A stretch of 50,679 nt of DNA from an uncultured Alphaproteobacteria bacterium (GTDB lineage Bacteria > Pseudomonadota > Alphaproteobacteria > UBA7879 > VGCX01): NCBI GenBank assembly GCA_913061155.1, contig CAJXSI010000005.1, positions 1-50,679 on the forward strand, written 5' to 3'. How positions within the stretch are numbered: the stretch's first letter is position 1; each line of letters starts with the position of its first letter. A model generated the notes under the pieces. The model searched no databases and was not told where the DNA came from. It worked only from the letters and a program-made list of their open reading frames with translations. Positions 1-9,800 of the stretch are shown in pieces. Made by a program: the position numbers and the translations under genes.

Positions 1-49
1 ACGAGATCTAGTACGGTCTCGTGGGCTCGGAGATGTGTATAAGAGACAG
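1..49 (+). other. Illumina Nextera i7 adapter plus Tn5 mosaic end (library artefact)
   Basis: ACGAGAT-[CTAGTACG]-GTCTCGTGGGCTCGG-AGATGTGTATAAGAGACAG is the P7 tail, an 8-nt index (N702-type) and the Read 2 adapter. Confidence 0.98.
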
Positions 50-211
50 CTTCTTAACCCTGGAAGGGGTCCCATGAAATTTGGATATGATCCGATTTTC
101 TTACCCACAGGATCAAAGAAAACTTTTGCCGAAATGACAGCCGCTGAAAAACAAAAAATCAGCCACCGCACCCAGGCTTTAAAGCATTTCATTGCCGCCG
201 TTCATGGATAG
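50..211 (+). CDS. rdgB: RdgB/HAM1 non-canonical purine NTP pyrophosphatase, 3' fragment cut by the contig end
   Basis: Manual translation gives ...[34 protein letters not shown]..., containing the FGYDP and SHR motifs. Confidence 0.9.
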   Translation, partial: LLNPGRGPMKFGYDPIFLPTGSKKTFAEMTAAEKQKISHRTQALKHFIAAVHG

Positions 212-263
212 TTAATTGACTTTATTTTTTTAAAACTTATTATATATTTAAGAGGAATTTTAG

Positions 264-914
264 ATGTATAAAGTGTTACTATTGTTTATCCTGACCTATC
301 CCCCCTACTTATTTGCGGCAAGCTGTGATGTTGAAGTATCGGGCAATCCTTCTGCTAACAGACTAATTACAGACTTTCCAACTTTTACAAAAGAAGAAGT
401 TTCTGTCATGCCTTCTTTGATGGGAATAACCAAAGACCAGGTTATGGCAGCTTTCACAGGAAGTACTGAAGTAAATGGACGTACTTGGGCGCTAGGGTGT
501 ATAGAGGATATTGATTTATTAAGAAAAATCACAGAAAGGGGAACAGACCATTTTACAGTACCTCCCCTTATAGACGACTCTATGGTTTGTCCCATTTTTG
601 ATTTAGATAAAGAAAATGTTTGGCGTCAAAAAATTTGCATTATTGATGAAACCAGAACAGTTGGTGATGATGGTGAAACCCCGTTCTTTTACTTCCTGGA
701 ATTTTTCACAGAACTTTCTGAAGAAGATTTAAGAAACCCTTTCTTAACAGGAATGAAGGGGGTTTTTAGTTTTGAAAAACTAAATAGGGATGCGCCTGAA
801 AGTCCCGTTTTTAGAAAATATGCAAGAGATCACGCATACCCTATACTTGCGCGTTGTTTAAAAAGTGACGAACAAAAAGCAATTGTCGTTGCAGGTATTA
901 ATAGGTTAATTTAA
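264..914 (+). CDS. Hypothetical exported protein
   Basis: 216 aa ORF, AGAGGA RBS, hydrophobic N-terminus ending LFA; no recognisable family. Confidence 0.7.
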   Translation: MYKVLLLFILTYPPYLFAASCDVEVSGNPSANRLITDFPTFTKEEVSVMPSLMGITKDQVMAAFTGSTEVNGRTWALGCIEDIDLLRKITERGTDHFTVPPLIDDSMVCPIFDLDKENVWRQKICIIDETRTVGDDGETPFFYFLEFFTELSEEDLRNPFLTGMKGVFSFEKLNRDAPESPVFRKYARDHAYPILARCLKSDEQKAIVVAGINRLI

Positions 915-937
915 TCCCTTAAAAACATTTAGGGGAT
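914..937. terminator. Hairpin between convergent genes, possible bidirectional terminator
   Basis: ATCCCTTAAA-aaca-TTTAGGGGAT. Confidence 0.45.
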
Positions 938-942
938 GGATA

Positions 943-1149
943 TTAACCTTCCTTATATGCCAATATATCCCCTGGTTGACAACCCAAGGCCTTGCAAATG
1001 GCTTCCAATGTACTGAACCGAATGGCCTTTGCCCGCCCGGTTTTTAATATGGATAAATTCTGCTCCGTGATGCCCACTTTTTTGGCCAGATCAATTGATC
1101 GCATTTTTCGCTTTGCCATCATGACATCCAAGTTCACGATAATGTTCAT
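943..1149 (-). CDS. XRE/Cro HTH regulator (YozG-like)
   Basis: LAKKVGITEQNLSILKTGRAKAIRFSTLEAICKALGCQPGDIL; lies downstream of DUF2975, its usual partner. Confidence 0.92.
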   Translation of the reverse strand: MNIIVNLDVMMAKRKMRSIDLAKKVGITEQNLSILKTGRAKAIRFSTLEAICKALGCQPGDILAYKEG

Positions 1150-1299
1150 ATTCTTTTTCCTTTAATTACCATAATATCTAAAGAGCTAAGTTAATAACGG
1201 AGCCTATACACTGGCAAACCTTGCAAATAAGTGTTCTGCCCTTTTTATATAGAAAATTCAATTAATGATGGTGCTAGGCATCAGCATTAAGTCAATTTT

Positions 1300-1860
1300 C
1301 TACACCGTTAGGTCTTGGTCTTTCTTTAACTGAACCGCCTCTTTCATCACCCACCCAACAACAATGATCATCAAGGCCATCGCAATCGCTGTCACATCAT
1401 GGTTGGATGCTGTGATCCGAATAAGACGCTGGCCAACAGGTTCTTTCATTGTTGATATAAAGGTAAATAACAATTCTTGGGGATAACTTATTAAAACGGA
1501 TAAAATAAAAAACTTGCCAATATTGCCAAATTTTTTGGCACTTTCTACTGAAAAGTAATTTCCCTTTTCATAGCATTCAAAAAGTTTTGCCGCGAAAATC
1601 AAAGCAATAGAATAAGCAATTTCAGAAGGCATTGCCGATAGCGCCACCAAAAATTTATGGCCTGTCGTAAAACTTAAGTATTTATCCACATCAAAGGGCA
1701 AAGTATTGTGATGGTTATTTTTATCAAACCCCACCATAAAACTTAAATTTTTCATGACCTTTCCATTTGCAAAAATAAAAAAGGGCAAGGCCACATTTGC
1801 GGTTGCCCACCCATACAATACGTATTTTAAAATCCGACTTAATTTTTGTATATTTTTCAT
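1300..1860 (-). CDS. DUF2975-family membrane protein
   Basis: Four hydrophobic segments, C-terminus WVMKEAVQLKKDQDLTV, paired with a YozG-like HTH. Confidence 0.85.
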   Translation of the reverse strand: MKNIQKLSRILKYVLYGWATANVALPFFIFANGKVMKNLSFMVGFDKNNHHNTLPFDVDKYLSFTTGHKFLVALSAMPSEIAYSIALIFAAKLFECYEKGNYFSVESAKKFGNIGKFFILSVLISYPQELLFTFISTMKEPVGQRLIRITASNHDVTAIAMALMIIVVGWVMKEAVQLKKDQDLTV

Positions 1861-1909
1861 TTAATACCCTCCTATAAACAATAACTATTTATTGATATAT
1901 AACATATTG

Positions 1910-1926
1910 TTATTGTTTTTCAATAA
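1910..1926. promoter_or_regulatory. Palindromic operator candidate for the DUF2975-HTH unit
   Basis: TTATTG-N5-CAATAA in the divergent promoter region, with partial copies at about 1875-1904. Confidence 0.45.
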
Positions 1927-1958
1927 TTTTTATGTATATTCATTAAAAAAGGATAAAA

Positions 1959-2966
1959 ATGAAATATACAATACTATTGTGCCTGGCTCCCTGGATTTGC
2001 ATGGCGGAAATAACGCCTTATAAATTTAAAAGTTATGAAGAAATACAATCTATGAATTATGATATTCCTTCATCCTCTATAGGTGTGGCCCCAAGAAAAA
2101 ACCCAAAATCTCCAGATATCACTTATTATGTAAGTAAGCCTAAAACAAAAACATTTCCAATTGTTATTCTTTGTGGGGGATCTTCCACCAAAGAATCTGT
2201 TTCCAGTATTATTCATGTACATCGTTATTTTTTAAAAGAACTCTTGGAAAGAAGTTTTGCTGTATTAACCATTGAACAGTGGGGTGTACGTGGTGCTGAC
2301 ATTAATAAGGATCTTTTTATGCAGCATTACACCCGAACACAACGTCTATCAGATCATATTGCTGTAATCGAACATTTAAAAAAGTCCCAACCCCGCGGAT
2401 GGAACGGTAAATTTATTTTTATAGGTGTTTCCGAAGGGGGTGATTTAGTCAGCCCTCTTACAGAAATATTTTCTGATATAACACTGGCAACAATTAATTG
2501 GTCTGGCGCAGGGGATTTAGGGTGGCGCAAAGAATTGTGGCCATTCATTAAAAATATAAGAAACTCATTTACTTGGTGGATGAATTTATTGGATATATTA
2601 CCTGGTTGGGCCCCTTTTTCTTTAGGTATTCCTAAAACTGAAAAGGATCTGGATCTTGCCCTTGATAAGACTTTGGAAAACCCAACTTATGAAAAGGAAT
2701 TTTTGGGCATGACTTATATGTATCATAGTGATGCCTTGACATATCCAAAGCCAAACTATCAAAAAATAAAAACCCCCTACCTTGTTGTTGCAGGGGGACA
2801 AGACCCAAATATTGAATCTTCTGATGCATTTGTCCAAAAAGCCAAGAAATCAGGGATGAATATTACTTATTTCAGAATAGAAGATATGGATCATTACATC
2901 AGAAAACGACCTGATATCATCAATCAATCCTTAGAGTGGTTGGATAAAAAAGTTGATAAAAAATAG
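1959..2966 (+). CDS. Exported alpha/beta hydrolase (S9 peptidase/esterase-like)
   Basis: Signal-like N-terminus; GVSEGG nucleophile elbow; Asp in GGQD; His in MDH. Confidence 0.8.
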   Translation: MKYTILLCLAPWICMAEITPYKFKSYEEIQSMNYDIPSSSIGVAPRKNPKSPDITYYVSKPKTKTFPIVILCGGSSTKESVSSIIHVHRYFLKELLERSFAVLTIEQWGVRGADINKDLFMQHYTRTQRLSDHIAVIEHLKKSQPRGWNGKFIFIGVSEGGDLVSPLTEIFSDITLATINWSGAGDLGWRKELWPFIKNIRNSFTWWMNLLDILPGWAPFSLGIPKTEKDLDLALDKTLENPTYEKEFLGMTYMYHSDALTYPKPNYQKIKTPYLVVAGGQDPNIESSDAFVQKAKKSGMNITYFRIEDMDHYIRKRPDIINQSLEWLDKKVDKK

Positions 2967-3087
2967 TTTCCCCTTTTTTTATTAACGAACCTTTCCTGCA
3001 TAGGGATAACAGTGTAATCTTGCGTCAGATTATGGGCTTGTTGCACGATGCGCTTTTTGCAACAGCCCCATTATAAAGGGGTAAGGT

Positions 3088-4719
3088 ATGACTGTTGTTG
3101 CCGCAGAAAATCGTTTTCGACATCAATCTTTGTTAGATATTTTAATCAATAAAAATATCCTTTCAAAGGATCAGGCCAAAATTGTTGAAATTGAAAGCCA
3201 ACAACAGGGCATCGATATTAAAATAGCCATTCAAAAGTTGGGGTTTTGCTCGGAAGATTTGATTTTTGACATTGTTTCAGAACAAACCTTTTCCCAACAA
3301 ATTGATCTGAATCATGCCATTATTGACCCAAACTTATTGGCTTATTTTCCAAAGAAAATGGCCCAGAAATTTAAGATTATTCCTATATCTCTTGAAGGGG
3401 ATACCTTAACAGTTGCCAGCACAGATCCATCAAATATATTGGCCTTGGACCAAATCCGTATTGCCTTTCCTGACGTCAAAAATATCCATTGTAAAACCGG
3501 CCGGGAAACAGATTTATCCCAAGCAATTTGGAATTATTATGAACATGATTTCAGCCTGGGTAAGATTATAGAAGAAATTAATCAGTCAAGTTTCAAATCC
3601 GAAGATTTAAGTTACGATAATCCGGCTGTCCGGCTGGTCGATACATTACTTTTTGATGCCATTAAATTAAGGGCATCGGACATTCATTTTGAACCAGAGG
3701 ATTTATATATCCGAATTCGTTACAGAATAGACGGTGTTCTGAATCAAAAACTAACTTTACATAAAAATTTTTGGGGGACTTTATCCGTGCGCCTTAAAAT
3801 CATTTCAGGCTTGGATATTGCAGAAACCCGTAAACCCCAAAGCGGTCGATTTTCCAAATATTTTTGTGATCGGGAAATTGATTTAAGGACCTCTTGCCAT
3901 CCCACGATTCATGGGGAAAATATTGTTATAAGAATCTTGGACAAACAATTATCGCTAAAACCTTTGGGGGAGCTGGGATTTATGCCGTCCCACATACAGA
4001 CGTTAAAAAAAGCCATTAAACGACCTTCTGGTATCAATATCATTACAGGCCCTACGGGATCTGGAAAAACCACAACCCTGTATGCACTGTTAAATGATAT
4101 AAGTTCCTTGGATGTTAATATCATGACATTGGAACAACCCGTTGAATACAAACTTCCTTTAATTCGGCAGACTGAAATTCCAGAAAATTCTTATATAAAT
4201 TATGCAGACGCCATTCGATCCATTTTACGTCAAGACCCAGATATCATTTATATCGGGGAAATTCGGGATGAAGAATCGGCACAAATGGCCATACGGGCAG
4301 CCATGACAGGACATCAGGTTTTTACAACCCTGCATACAAATACGGCCATGGGGGCCATACAAAGACTTTTGGATTTGGGGGTATCCCAAGCAGAGCTGGC
4401 AGATAATCTTTCAAGCATAACAGCCCAACGCCTTGTCCGTAAATTATGTGCTGTGTGCAAAATAAAAACGCAGGATGGTTACGTTCCCACAGGGTGTCCC
4501 CAATGTGGGGGAACAGGATTCAAAGGGCGTATTCCTTTGTCAGAAATTGTTTTATTTGAAACCCCATCAAATCAGCAAAATATTTGTAAAAAACAAGGGT
4601 TTTTAGAAAAAAATATACAGAAAAAACAAACGGTTAATACGCATTCCGAAAACTTCCATTATTTATTGGAAAAAGGGATAACAACCCTTGATGAAGTCAA
4701 AAAAGTCTTGGATATATAA
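3088..4719 (+). CDS. GspE/PilB/MshE-family secretion/pilus assembly ATPase
   Basis: ASDIHFEP, RYRIDG, Walker A GPTGSGKTT, LRQDPD..GEIRD, TGHQVFTTLH, two CxxC motifs. Confidence 0.95.
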   Translation: MTVVAAENRFRHQSLLDILINKNILSKDQAKIVEIESQQQGIDIKIAIQKLGFCSEDLIFDIVSEQTFSQQIDLNHAIIDPNLLAYFPKKMAQKFKIIPISLEGDTLTVASTDPSNILALDQIRIAFPDVKNIHCKTGRETDLSQAIWNYYEHDFSLGKIIEEINQSSFKSEDLSYDNPAVRLVDTLLFDAIKLRASDIHFEPEDLYIRIRYRIDGVLNQKLTLHKNFWGTLSVRLKIISGLDIAETRKPQSGRFSKYFCDREIDLRTSCHPTIHGENIVIRILDKQLSLKPLGELGFMPSHIQTLKKAIKRPSGINIITGPTGSGKTTTLYALLNDISSLDVNIMTLEQPVEYKLPLIRQTEIPENSYINYADAIRSILRQDPDIIYIGEIRDEESAQMAIRAAMTGHQVFTTLHTNTAMGAIQRLLDLGVSQAELADNLSSITAQRLVRKLCAVCKIKTQDGYVPTGCPQCGGTGFKGRIPLSEIVLFETPSNQQNICKKQGFLEKNIQKKQTVNTHSENFHYLLEKGITTLDEVKKVLDI

Positions 4720-4721
4720 AG

Positions 4722-5921
4722 ATGCCGTTTATACATTATAAAGCAATTAAATCTGACGGAAAAATTTATAAAGGGTCCTTAAATTGTGAAAATGTTGCTG
4801 AATTAAATTCTTATGTGAAAGAGAATGGTGGGCGATTAATTAATTGGAAAGAGTCCCGGTTTAAAAAATTTGATTATGATCTTAGCTTACAAGATTCCAT
4901 TAATTTATTCAGGCATCTTGGAACAATGTGTAAGTTGAAAATTCCTTTGTTGCAAGCCATTCATATGCTAGACACCCCCTCAAGCAGTAAAAAAATGGTT
5001 GTTTTTTCCAAGTACATATCTTTTTGTATCCAGCGTGGTTACTTGCTTTCAGATATTTTATCCACCAATTTTAAAAAGGTTGATCCCACGGTTATATCCC
5101 TTATAAAGACGGGGGAACAAACCGGAAAATTTGCCCTTGCCTTTGAATCTATTAAAAATTATTTTATCTGGAAAAAGGCCTATAAAGAAAAAATTATAAA
5201 CGCTGTGCGATACCCCCTTATATGCCTGGCAGTTGTCTTATCAACCTTTTTGTTTTTGATTTTATTTTTGGTTCCAAAAGTAAAACCCATGCTGTTACAA
5301 AACCAGGATTATTCGTTAAGTTTATCCACCAAATTTGTTTTTAGGGTCCATGAAGTTCTGACGCAGGAAAATAATATCCTTTTAATAGGATTTTTTTGTT
5401 TTACATTATTTATCGTTTCATTTTTGTTTATTAAGTTGATAAAAATACTGAAATTTCAATATGATATTTTTTATAAAATTCCTTTTTTGGGATCTATTTT
5501 TTGGCGGTTTTTCCAAGAAAATTTCTTTAAAAATCTGTCACTGCAGATGGAATCAAATAAAAACTTGCAAGATGCCTTGGTTGATATAAAAAATATTTTT
5601 CCTTCAAAAATCATAACATCAAAAATAAATACCCTACTGAGTTCTTTGGACAATGGTTACAGTTTAAGTCTGGGCTTACAAAGCCTAAAATTTGACCCAG
5701 CTGTGGTTCAAATGGTTTATTTGGGGGAGGCCGAAGGATCGTTCGAAACAGCTCTTAAAAATATATCCCATTATTTATCAGAAAAGTCTGAACGATTATT
5801 TAATAAATTTATGGCCTACTTACAACCAGTATTAATTTTAATTGTAAGCTTTGTCTTGATCTGGGTGGTATATGCGTTATTCTATCCTTTATACGAAAAT
5901 ATAATTAATATGAATTTATGA
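4722..5921 (+). CDS. GspF/PilC/MshG-family inner-membrane platform protein
   Basis: GEQTG and GEAEG repeats, YP motif before TM1, three TM segments, follows the ATPase. Confidence 0.9.
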   Translation: MPFIHYKAIKSDGKIYKGSLNCENVAELNSYVKENGGRLINWKESRFKKFDYDLSLQDSINLFRHLGTMCKLKIPLLQAIHMLDTPSSSKKMVVFSKYISFCIQRGYLLSDILSTNFKKVDPTVISLIKTGEQTGKFALAFESIKNYFIWKKAYKEKIINAVRYPLICLAVVLSTFLFLILFLVPKVKPMLLQNQDYSLSLSTKFVFRVHEVLTQENNILLIGFFCFTLFIVSFLFIKLIKILKFQYDIFYKIPFLGSIFWRFFQENFFKNLSLQMESNKNLQDALVDIKNIFPSKIITSKINTLLSSLDNGYSLSLGLQSLKFDPAVVQMVYLGEAEGSFETALKNISHYLSEKSERLFNKFMAYLQPVLILIVSFVLIWVVYALFYPLYENIINMNL

Positions 5922-7348
5922 AACAGGGCTTTATTTTTACACTTACGGACAAGGGTTGCTTTATCTCTTTTACAAAAGATAAGGAAATTATTGCTGATGC
6001 CTTTTTCCCAAACCCGGACGGGATAAATGATTCAAAGATTGGTCAGTTACTTGTTAAGCATTATACCTGTCCCATTGTTATTCTTTTGGACACACTAAAC
6101 CAATCGTTTTTTGAAGAAACAATTCCCCCCGCGAATTTTTATTATAAATATCGCATTATTAATACCATAAAGTCAGAGCATAAAAACGATTCAAACGCTG
6201 TTCTTTATTACAAAAAAACCAAAGATATTTATCAATTTTCTGTTGCCCATTTAAGTAATGACAACGCTTTATGGCTAAGTTATATCAATCATCTGGAAAA
6301 CCCTTTGGATTCAGTCAGGTCCCTTCCCATAGAAACACAGGTTTTATTGAAAATAACACCGCAAGCAAAACCCTTGACGATTATAACCTATTTCGATGAT
6401 TATTTAGGTCTTCGGCAGTGTGCCTTTCTCCATAAACAATTTTACCTATCAAGGCTTATCCCTATCAAAAAGGTAAATCAGGAAACAGCCATTGGGCATG
6501 AAACCAGAAACCTTATAGAGTATTTAAAAAGGGAAGAAAGTGGCATTGATGATAAAGATATAAATATCATCAGCCTGGGGGATTCTAAGTATTACAGAAC
6601 TTTGGATCCAAGAATTCATACGCATCTGGATGCCAGCAATATTCAGCAGCTTCATAAGCTTAAAAATATCACACAGGGAAATCATTTTTTATCCTGCTTG
6701 GGACAAGTTATCTTTGCCCATAAACCCAAATCTGTTTTTCAATTCGATATTTTAAAACACAAAGAAAGGAAAGAGTTTCTTCATACCCTTATTAATGGGT
6801 TAACCCTTGGTATTATTGGGTTTTCCCTTCTTTATATTCTTGGTTCTGCCTCCTCGTTCAAAACTTTTATGGCCGGCATTCCCCAGCTGAAACAAGATAT
6901 TACTGCGATAGAAAAAAACATCCGTGGGATGCCCGACGGTTATCCCAATAATTATTCTGATAGTTACAGAAAGATTATTATAAAAATTCAAAATGTGTTT
7001 GATAAACAAGCGGATGAAATTCAAACACCTTTGGCCCCTATTGAAATAGTTGATAAATATATTTCTGATCTTTGGGATATTCAAAAAATAGAATGGGCAA
7101 TCCATAGTCCCAAATATGTTGGGCTATCTTTACTTGATAAGGCTGTCATTGATAAAACCATAAAATACAGATCAAAACCTTATTTTACGATGGATTTATC
7201 CCTAAAATTTAAAGGTCCAAGGTATCAAGCCAATGATATGTTTACAGCCCTATTATCCACCCCAGAACTTAGACAGTTTCATATAGAAAAAGGGGGATTC
7301 AAGGATGGTATTTTTGTTCTTACCGTTATTGAAAGAGAGAATAAATGA
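5918..7348 (+). CDS. Probable GspL/PilM-PilN-like assembly protein
   Basis: Large cytoplasmic domain, a single TM at about aa 290-310, a coiled-coil-like segment, and operon position. Confidence 0.55.
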   Translation: MKQGFIFTLTDKGCFISFTKDKEIIADAFFPNPDGINDSKIGQLLVKHYTCPIVILLDTLNQSFFEETIPPANFYYKYRIINTIKSEHKNDSNAVLYYKKTKDIYQFSVAHLSNDNALWLSYINHLENPLDSVRSLPIETQVLLKITPQAKPLTIITYFDDYLGLRQCAFLHKQFYLSRLIPIKKVNQETAIGHETRNLIEYLKREESGIDDKDINIISLGDSKYYRTLDPRIHTHLDASNIQQLHKLKNITQGNHFLSCLGQVIFAHKPKSVFQFDILKHKERKEFLHTLINGLTLGIIGFSLLYILGSASSFKTFMAGIPQLKQDITAIEKNIRGMPDGYPNNYSDSYRKIIIKIQNVFDKQADEIQTPLAPIEIVDKYISDLWDIQKIEWAIHSPKYVGLSLLDKAVIDKTIKYRSKPYFTMDLSLKFKGPRYQANDMFTALLSTPELRQFHIEKGGFKDGIFVLTVIERENK

Positions 7349-7935
7349 AGCGTCGCCTACAAATAAATCTTATAAAACTTTTTGCCGCCATAACTTTGGC
7401 TGGGGCATTAATTTTAATAACACAGAAAAATTATCTGCCCATCAATAAAGAATCTTTTCATTTAAGAAACAAAAAAAACCAGTTATTACAGATCCTTAAT
7501 GCAGAAAAAGATCAGGCATATTTTTATAAAACCATTTTGCCCAAATATCAAAACTACAAGAATATGGGCATCTTTTTGGAACCGACACACGATAGCTTCA
7601 AACATCAACTTCGTCATATTCTTGATGATTATAATATCACAGCCACTGTACGTTTCCACGATACTTTTTATGATAAAATCTTCCCAGATTTTGATATAAG
7701 TTATTTTCCCGTTTCCATACAATTTGTTGTTTATGATACAGCAACAATTCATAAATTGATAAATGATATCAACCATAGAATGTCTTATTTAATAAGCCCC
7801 ATTCAACTTAACTTCACAAAGAATAAAGATAAATATTATGTTGATTACAAAGTATTGTGGATCAAAGGCTTTCCGTCTGGTGAATTAAGTAATTTATCCG
7901 CAGTTGAATCCCCTTGGCATTTTTCTGAATCTTAG
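7345..7935 (+). CDS. Probable GspM/PilO-like bitopic protein
   Basis: N-terminal TM, then coiled segment and small domain; ATGA-coupled to the previous gene. Confidence 0.5.
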   Translation: MKRRLQINLIKLFAAITLAGALILITQKNYLPINKESFHLRNKKNQLLQILNAEKDQAYFYKTILPKYQNYKNMGIFLEPTHDSFKHQLRHILDDYNITATVRFHDTFYDKIFPDFDISYFPVSIQFVVYDTATIHKLINDINHRMSYLISPIQLNFTKNKDKYYVDYKVLWIKGFPSGELSNLSAVESPWHFSES

Positions 7936-8389
7936 GGTTATTAAGCTTGAGGGCTTGACTATAAAGGCTTATAGCCTTTTTTACCGCCCCTTTTCTGTCA
8001 TTCATTACGGCTTGATTATATAAGGTATATCCATTTTTATTTTGAACGTTTCTTGATATTTTTCTTGGGGTGACTTTAACAATCGGGGTTGTTGATCTGG
8101 TTTTCCTTAACAAAGGAATTTTCATTGATTCCTCTGTCGATAACTTTAATTTAATTGAATCTGTTTTATAATCTTGAACGCTATCTTTTTCTGGCGATAT
8201 ATAAAACCAAAGACTTAAAAGAAAAACTGTCAAAAGGGCAATGACACCCATCAGAATTTTTTCTTTAACAAACCTATAATTCAGCGGGATAAATGATTTT
8301 TGACCCCCCAAAGATTTGTTCTTAAGTCCCTTGATAATATTTGTATTTTTTATAAAATTTCTGGCGTCTTGTCTTTTGATTGATAGCAT
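7862..8389 (-). CDS. Membrane-anchored TPR-like protein of the secretion cluster
   Basis: One TM and TPR-like LYNQAVMNDRKGAVKKAISLYSQAL; start chosen at the ATG after a G-run RBS (ORF track starts at 8434). Confidence 0.6.
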   Translation of the reverse strand: MLSIKRQDARNFIKNTNIIKGLKNKSLGGQKSFIPLNYRFVKEKILMGVIALLTVFLLSLWFYISPEKDSVQDYKTDSIKLKLSTEESMKIPLLRKTRSTTPIVKVTPRKISRNVQNKNGYTLYNQAVMNDRKGAVKKAISLYSQALKLNNPKIQKNAKGIQLRINYLIHQTESL

Positions 8390-9120
8390 GATCCCCCCCC
8401 ATAAACGGATACCAAAGTATTTCGTGTTGCCCATACAACATGATCATCAAAGTAATTATCTTCGTTTTGTGAATAAGGCAGATTTACAAAGTGGCTTGTT
8501 CCATCTGCATTAATTTCTTCTTCTTTTCCATGAAGGCCATAATCACGTTTTTTTATATTTCCGGCCGTACCATAATATGCCCCATACCCATTTTTTCCAT
8601 GACTTACGATAACCAGTGAAAGAAAATCTTTTCCTTTTTCAAGTTTGCTGGTGACGGTTACTTTCTGCCCATTTTCTTCGACAGTCAGCGTTTCCCTTAA
8701 CGGCGTCCGGGAACAAAAATCTGATCTTTGCAAAATCTTGGCGGTCCTTTTTTCAGGCAGCACCTGAATGGCGTATGTAAAAAAATTACCATAAGCATCT
8801 TTTGCCATAGACTCAGGTAAACCTAAGGTACGAAAAGGAACGATACCAACTGAAAGATGGGATTCATCCCCAAACGTTTCCTTTGATGACAAAGGATCTG
8901 ACGCATAAGGAAGCTGATGATTTAATAGGGCATATTGCCCCAATAACCGCATAAGATTTTCTTGATGTTCTTTTGTATTTTTGGCTTTATATGAATCCCC
9001 AAAGTTGGAATAAATAGGTGTAGACATGGAAATAATCAAACCCATAATGACCAGCACTATGGAAACTTCGATTAAGGAAAACCCCTTGTTTTCTTTTAAA
9101 CTTTGAAATAAACGATGCAT
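8350..9120 (-). CDS. Type IV prepilin/pseudopilin
   Basis: Class III signal NKG|FSLIEVSIVLVIMG with Glu5. Confidence 0.9.
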   Translation of the reverse strand: MHRLFQSLKENKGFSLIEVSIVLVIMGLIISMSTPIYSNFGDSYKAKNTKEHQENLMRLLGQYALLNHQLPYASDPLSSKETFGDESHLSVGIVPFRTLGLPESMAKDAYGNFFTYAIQVLPEKRTAKILQRSDFCSRTPLRETLTVEENGQKVTVTSKLEKGKDFLSLVIVSHGKNGYGAYYGTAGNIKKRDYGLHGKEEEINADGTSHFVNLPYSQNEDNYFDDHVVWATRNTLVSVYGGGSCYQSKDKTPEIL

Positions 9121-9800
9121 GCGGGATATTCTATTTCTTTATTTAATTTTCCATCCTTCAAACAATCATCATAAGCCGTATCAATCCCTGGACCAACACG
9201 CACATCACCCGATAAAGGATCGACATCTTGAACCTGATTTAAAAGGGCCTGGGCCTGTTTTGGGGAAAGAACAGAACCGGTCCCTAACCCACCTTTTTTG
9301 CGCCCTAAGACAAACCATAATCCTGACATAGATGCTGGACCGTCTGGATCTTGTACAACCGTTATTCCCCCACCTATTTTTTCTTTTGGAATACCTTTAC
9401 CAAAGTCAGCGTCATTATTTTTGGGCAGGGAACCAACTGAAGTTATAAGATTTGCCGCGGCCAAATGTTGCCAAAAATTTACAGCTTCGGAATCTTTGCG
9501 CCCAATTCCGTCCCCTTCAATTTGACCATTTCCATTTCCATCAATTAAATCTGACCTGATTGTTGTGCTGGCATCCGAATAATCACCGGGCAATGAACCA
9601 TATTGATCCTTAAAAATATTAACTGCCATACGATACTGGTTAATATTTTTAATCACAGTCTTTAGTTGGGCATTTTCAACCAACGCATATCCTTTGATTG
9701 TCCCCCCGATCAAGACCCCCATGACGATCAGGACAACAGAGATTTCCATCAAGCTAAAGCCCTTTTGACACTGAATAATTTTCTTTATTTGCTTTGCCAT
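9096..9800 (-). CDS. Type IV prepilin/pseudopilin
   Basis: Class III signal QKG|FSLMEISVVLIVMG; LPGD motif; C-terminal Cys pair. Confidence 0.9.
   Translation of the reverse strand: MAKQIKKIIQCQKGFSLMEISVVLIVMGVLIGGTIKGYALVENAQLKTVIKNINQYRMAVNIFKDQYGSLPGDYSDASTTIRSDLIDGNGNGQIEGDGIGRKDSEAVNFWQHLAAANLITSVGSLPKNNDADFGKGIPKEKIGGGITVVQDPDGPASMSGLWFVLGRKKGGLGTGSVLSPKQAQALLNQVQDVDPLSGDVRVGPGIDTAYDDCLKDGKLNKEIEYPACIVYFKV

Noticed and set aside
1213-1240. GGCAAACC start resembling a c-di-GMP-I riboswitch
   Set aside because: Lacks the GAAA loop, the GCAAAG segment and the P3 arm, and lies on the strand opposite the flanking genes.
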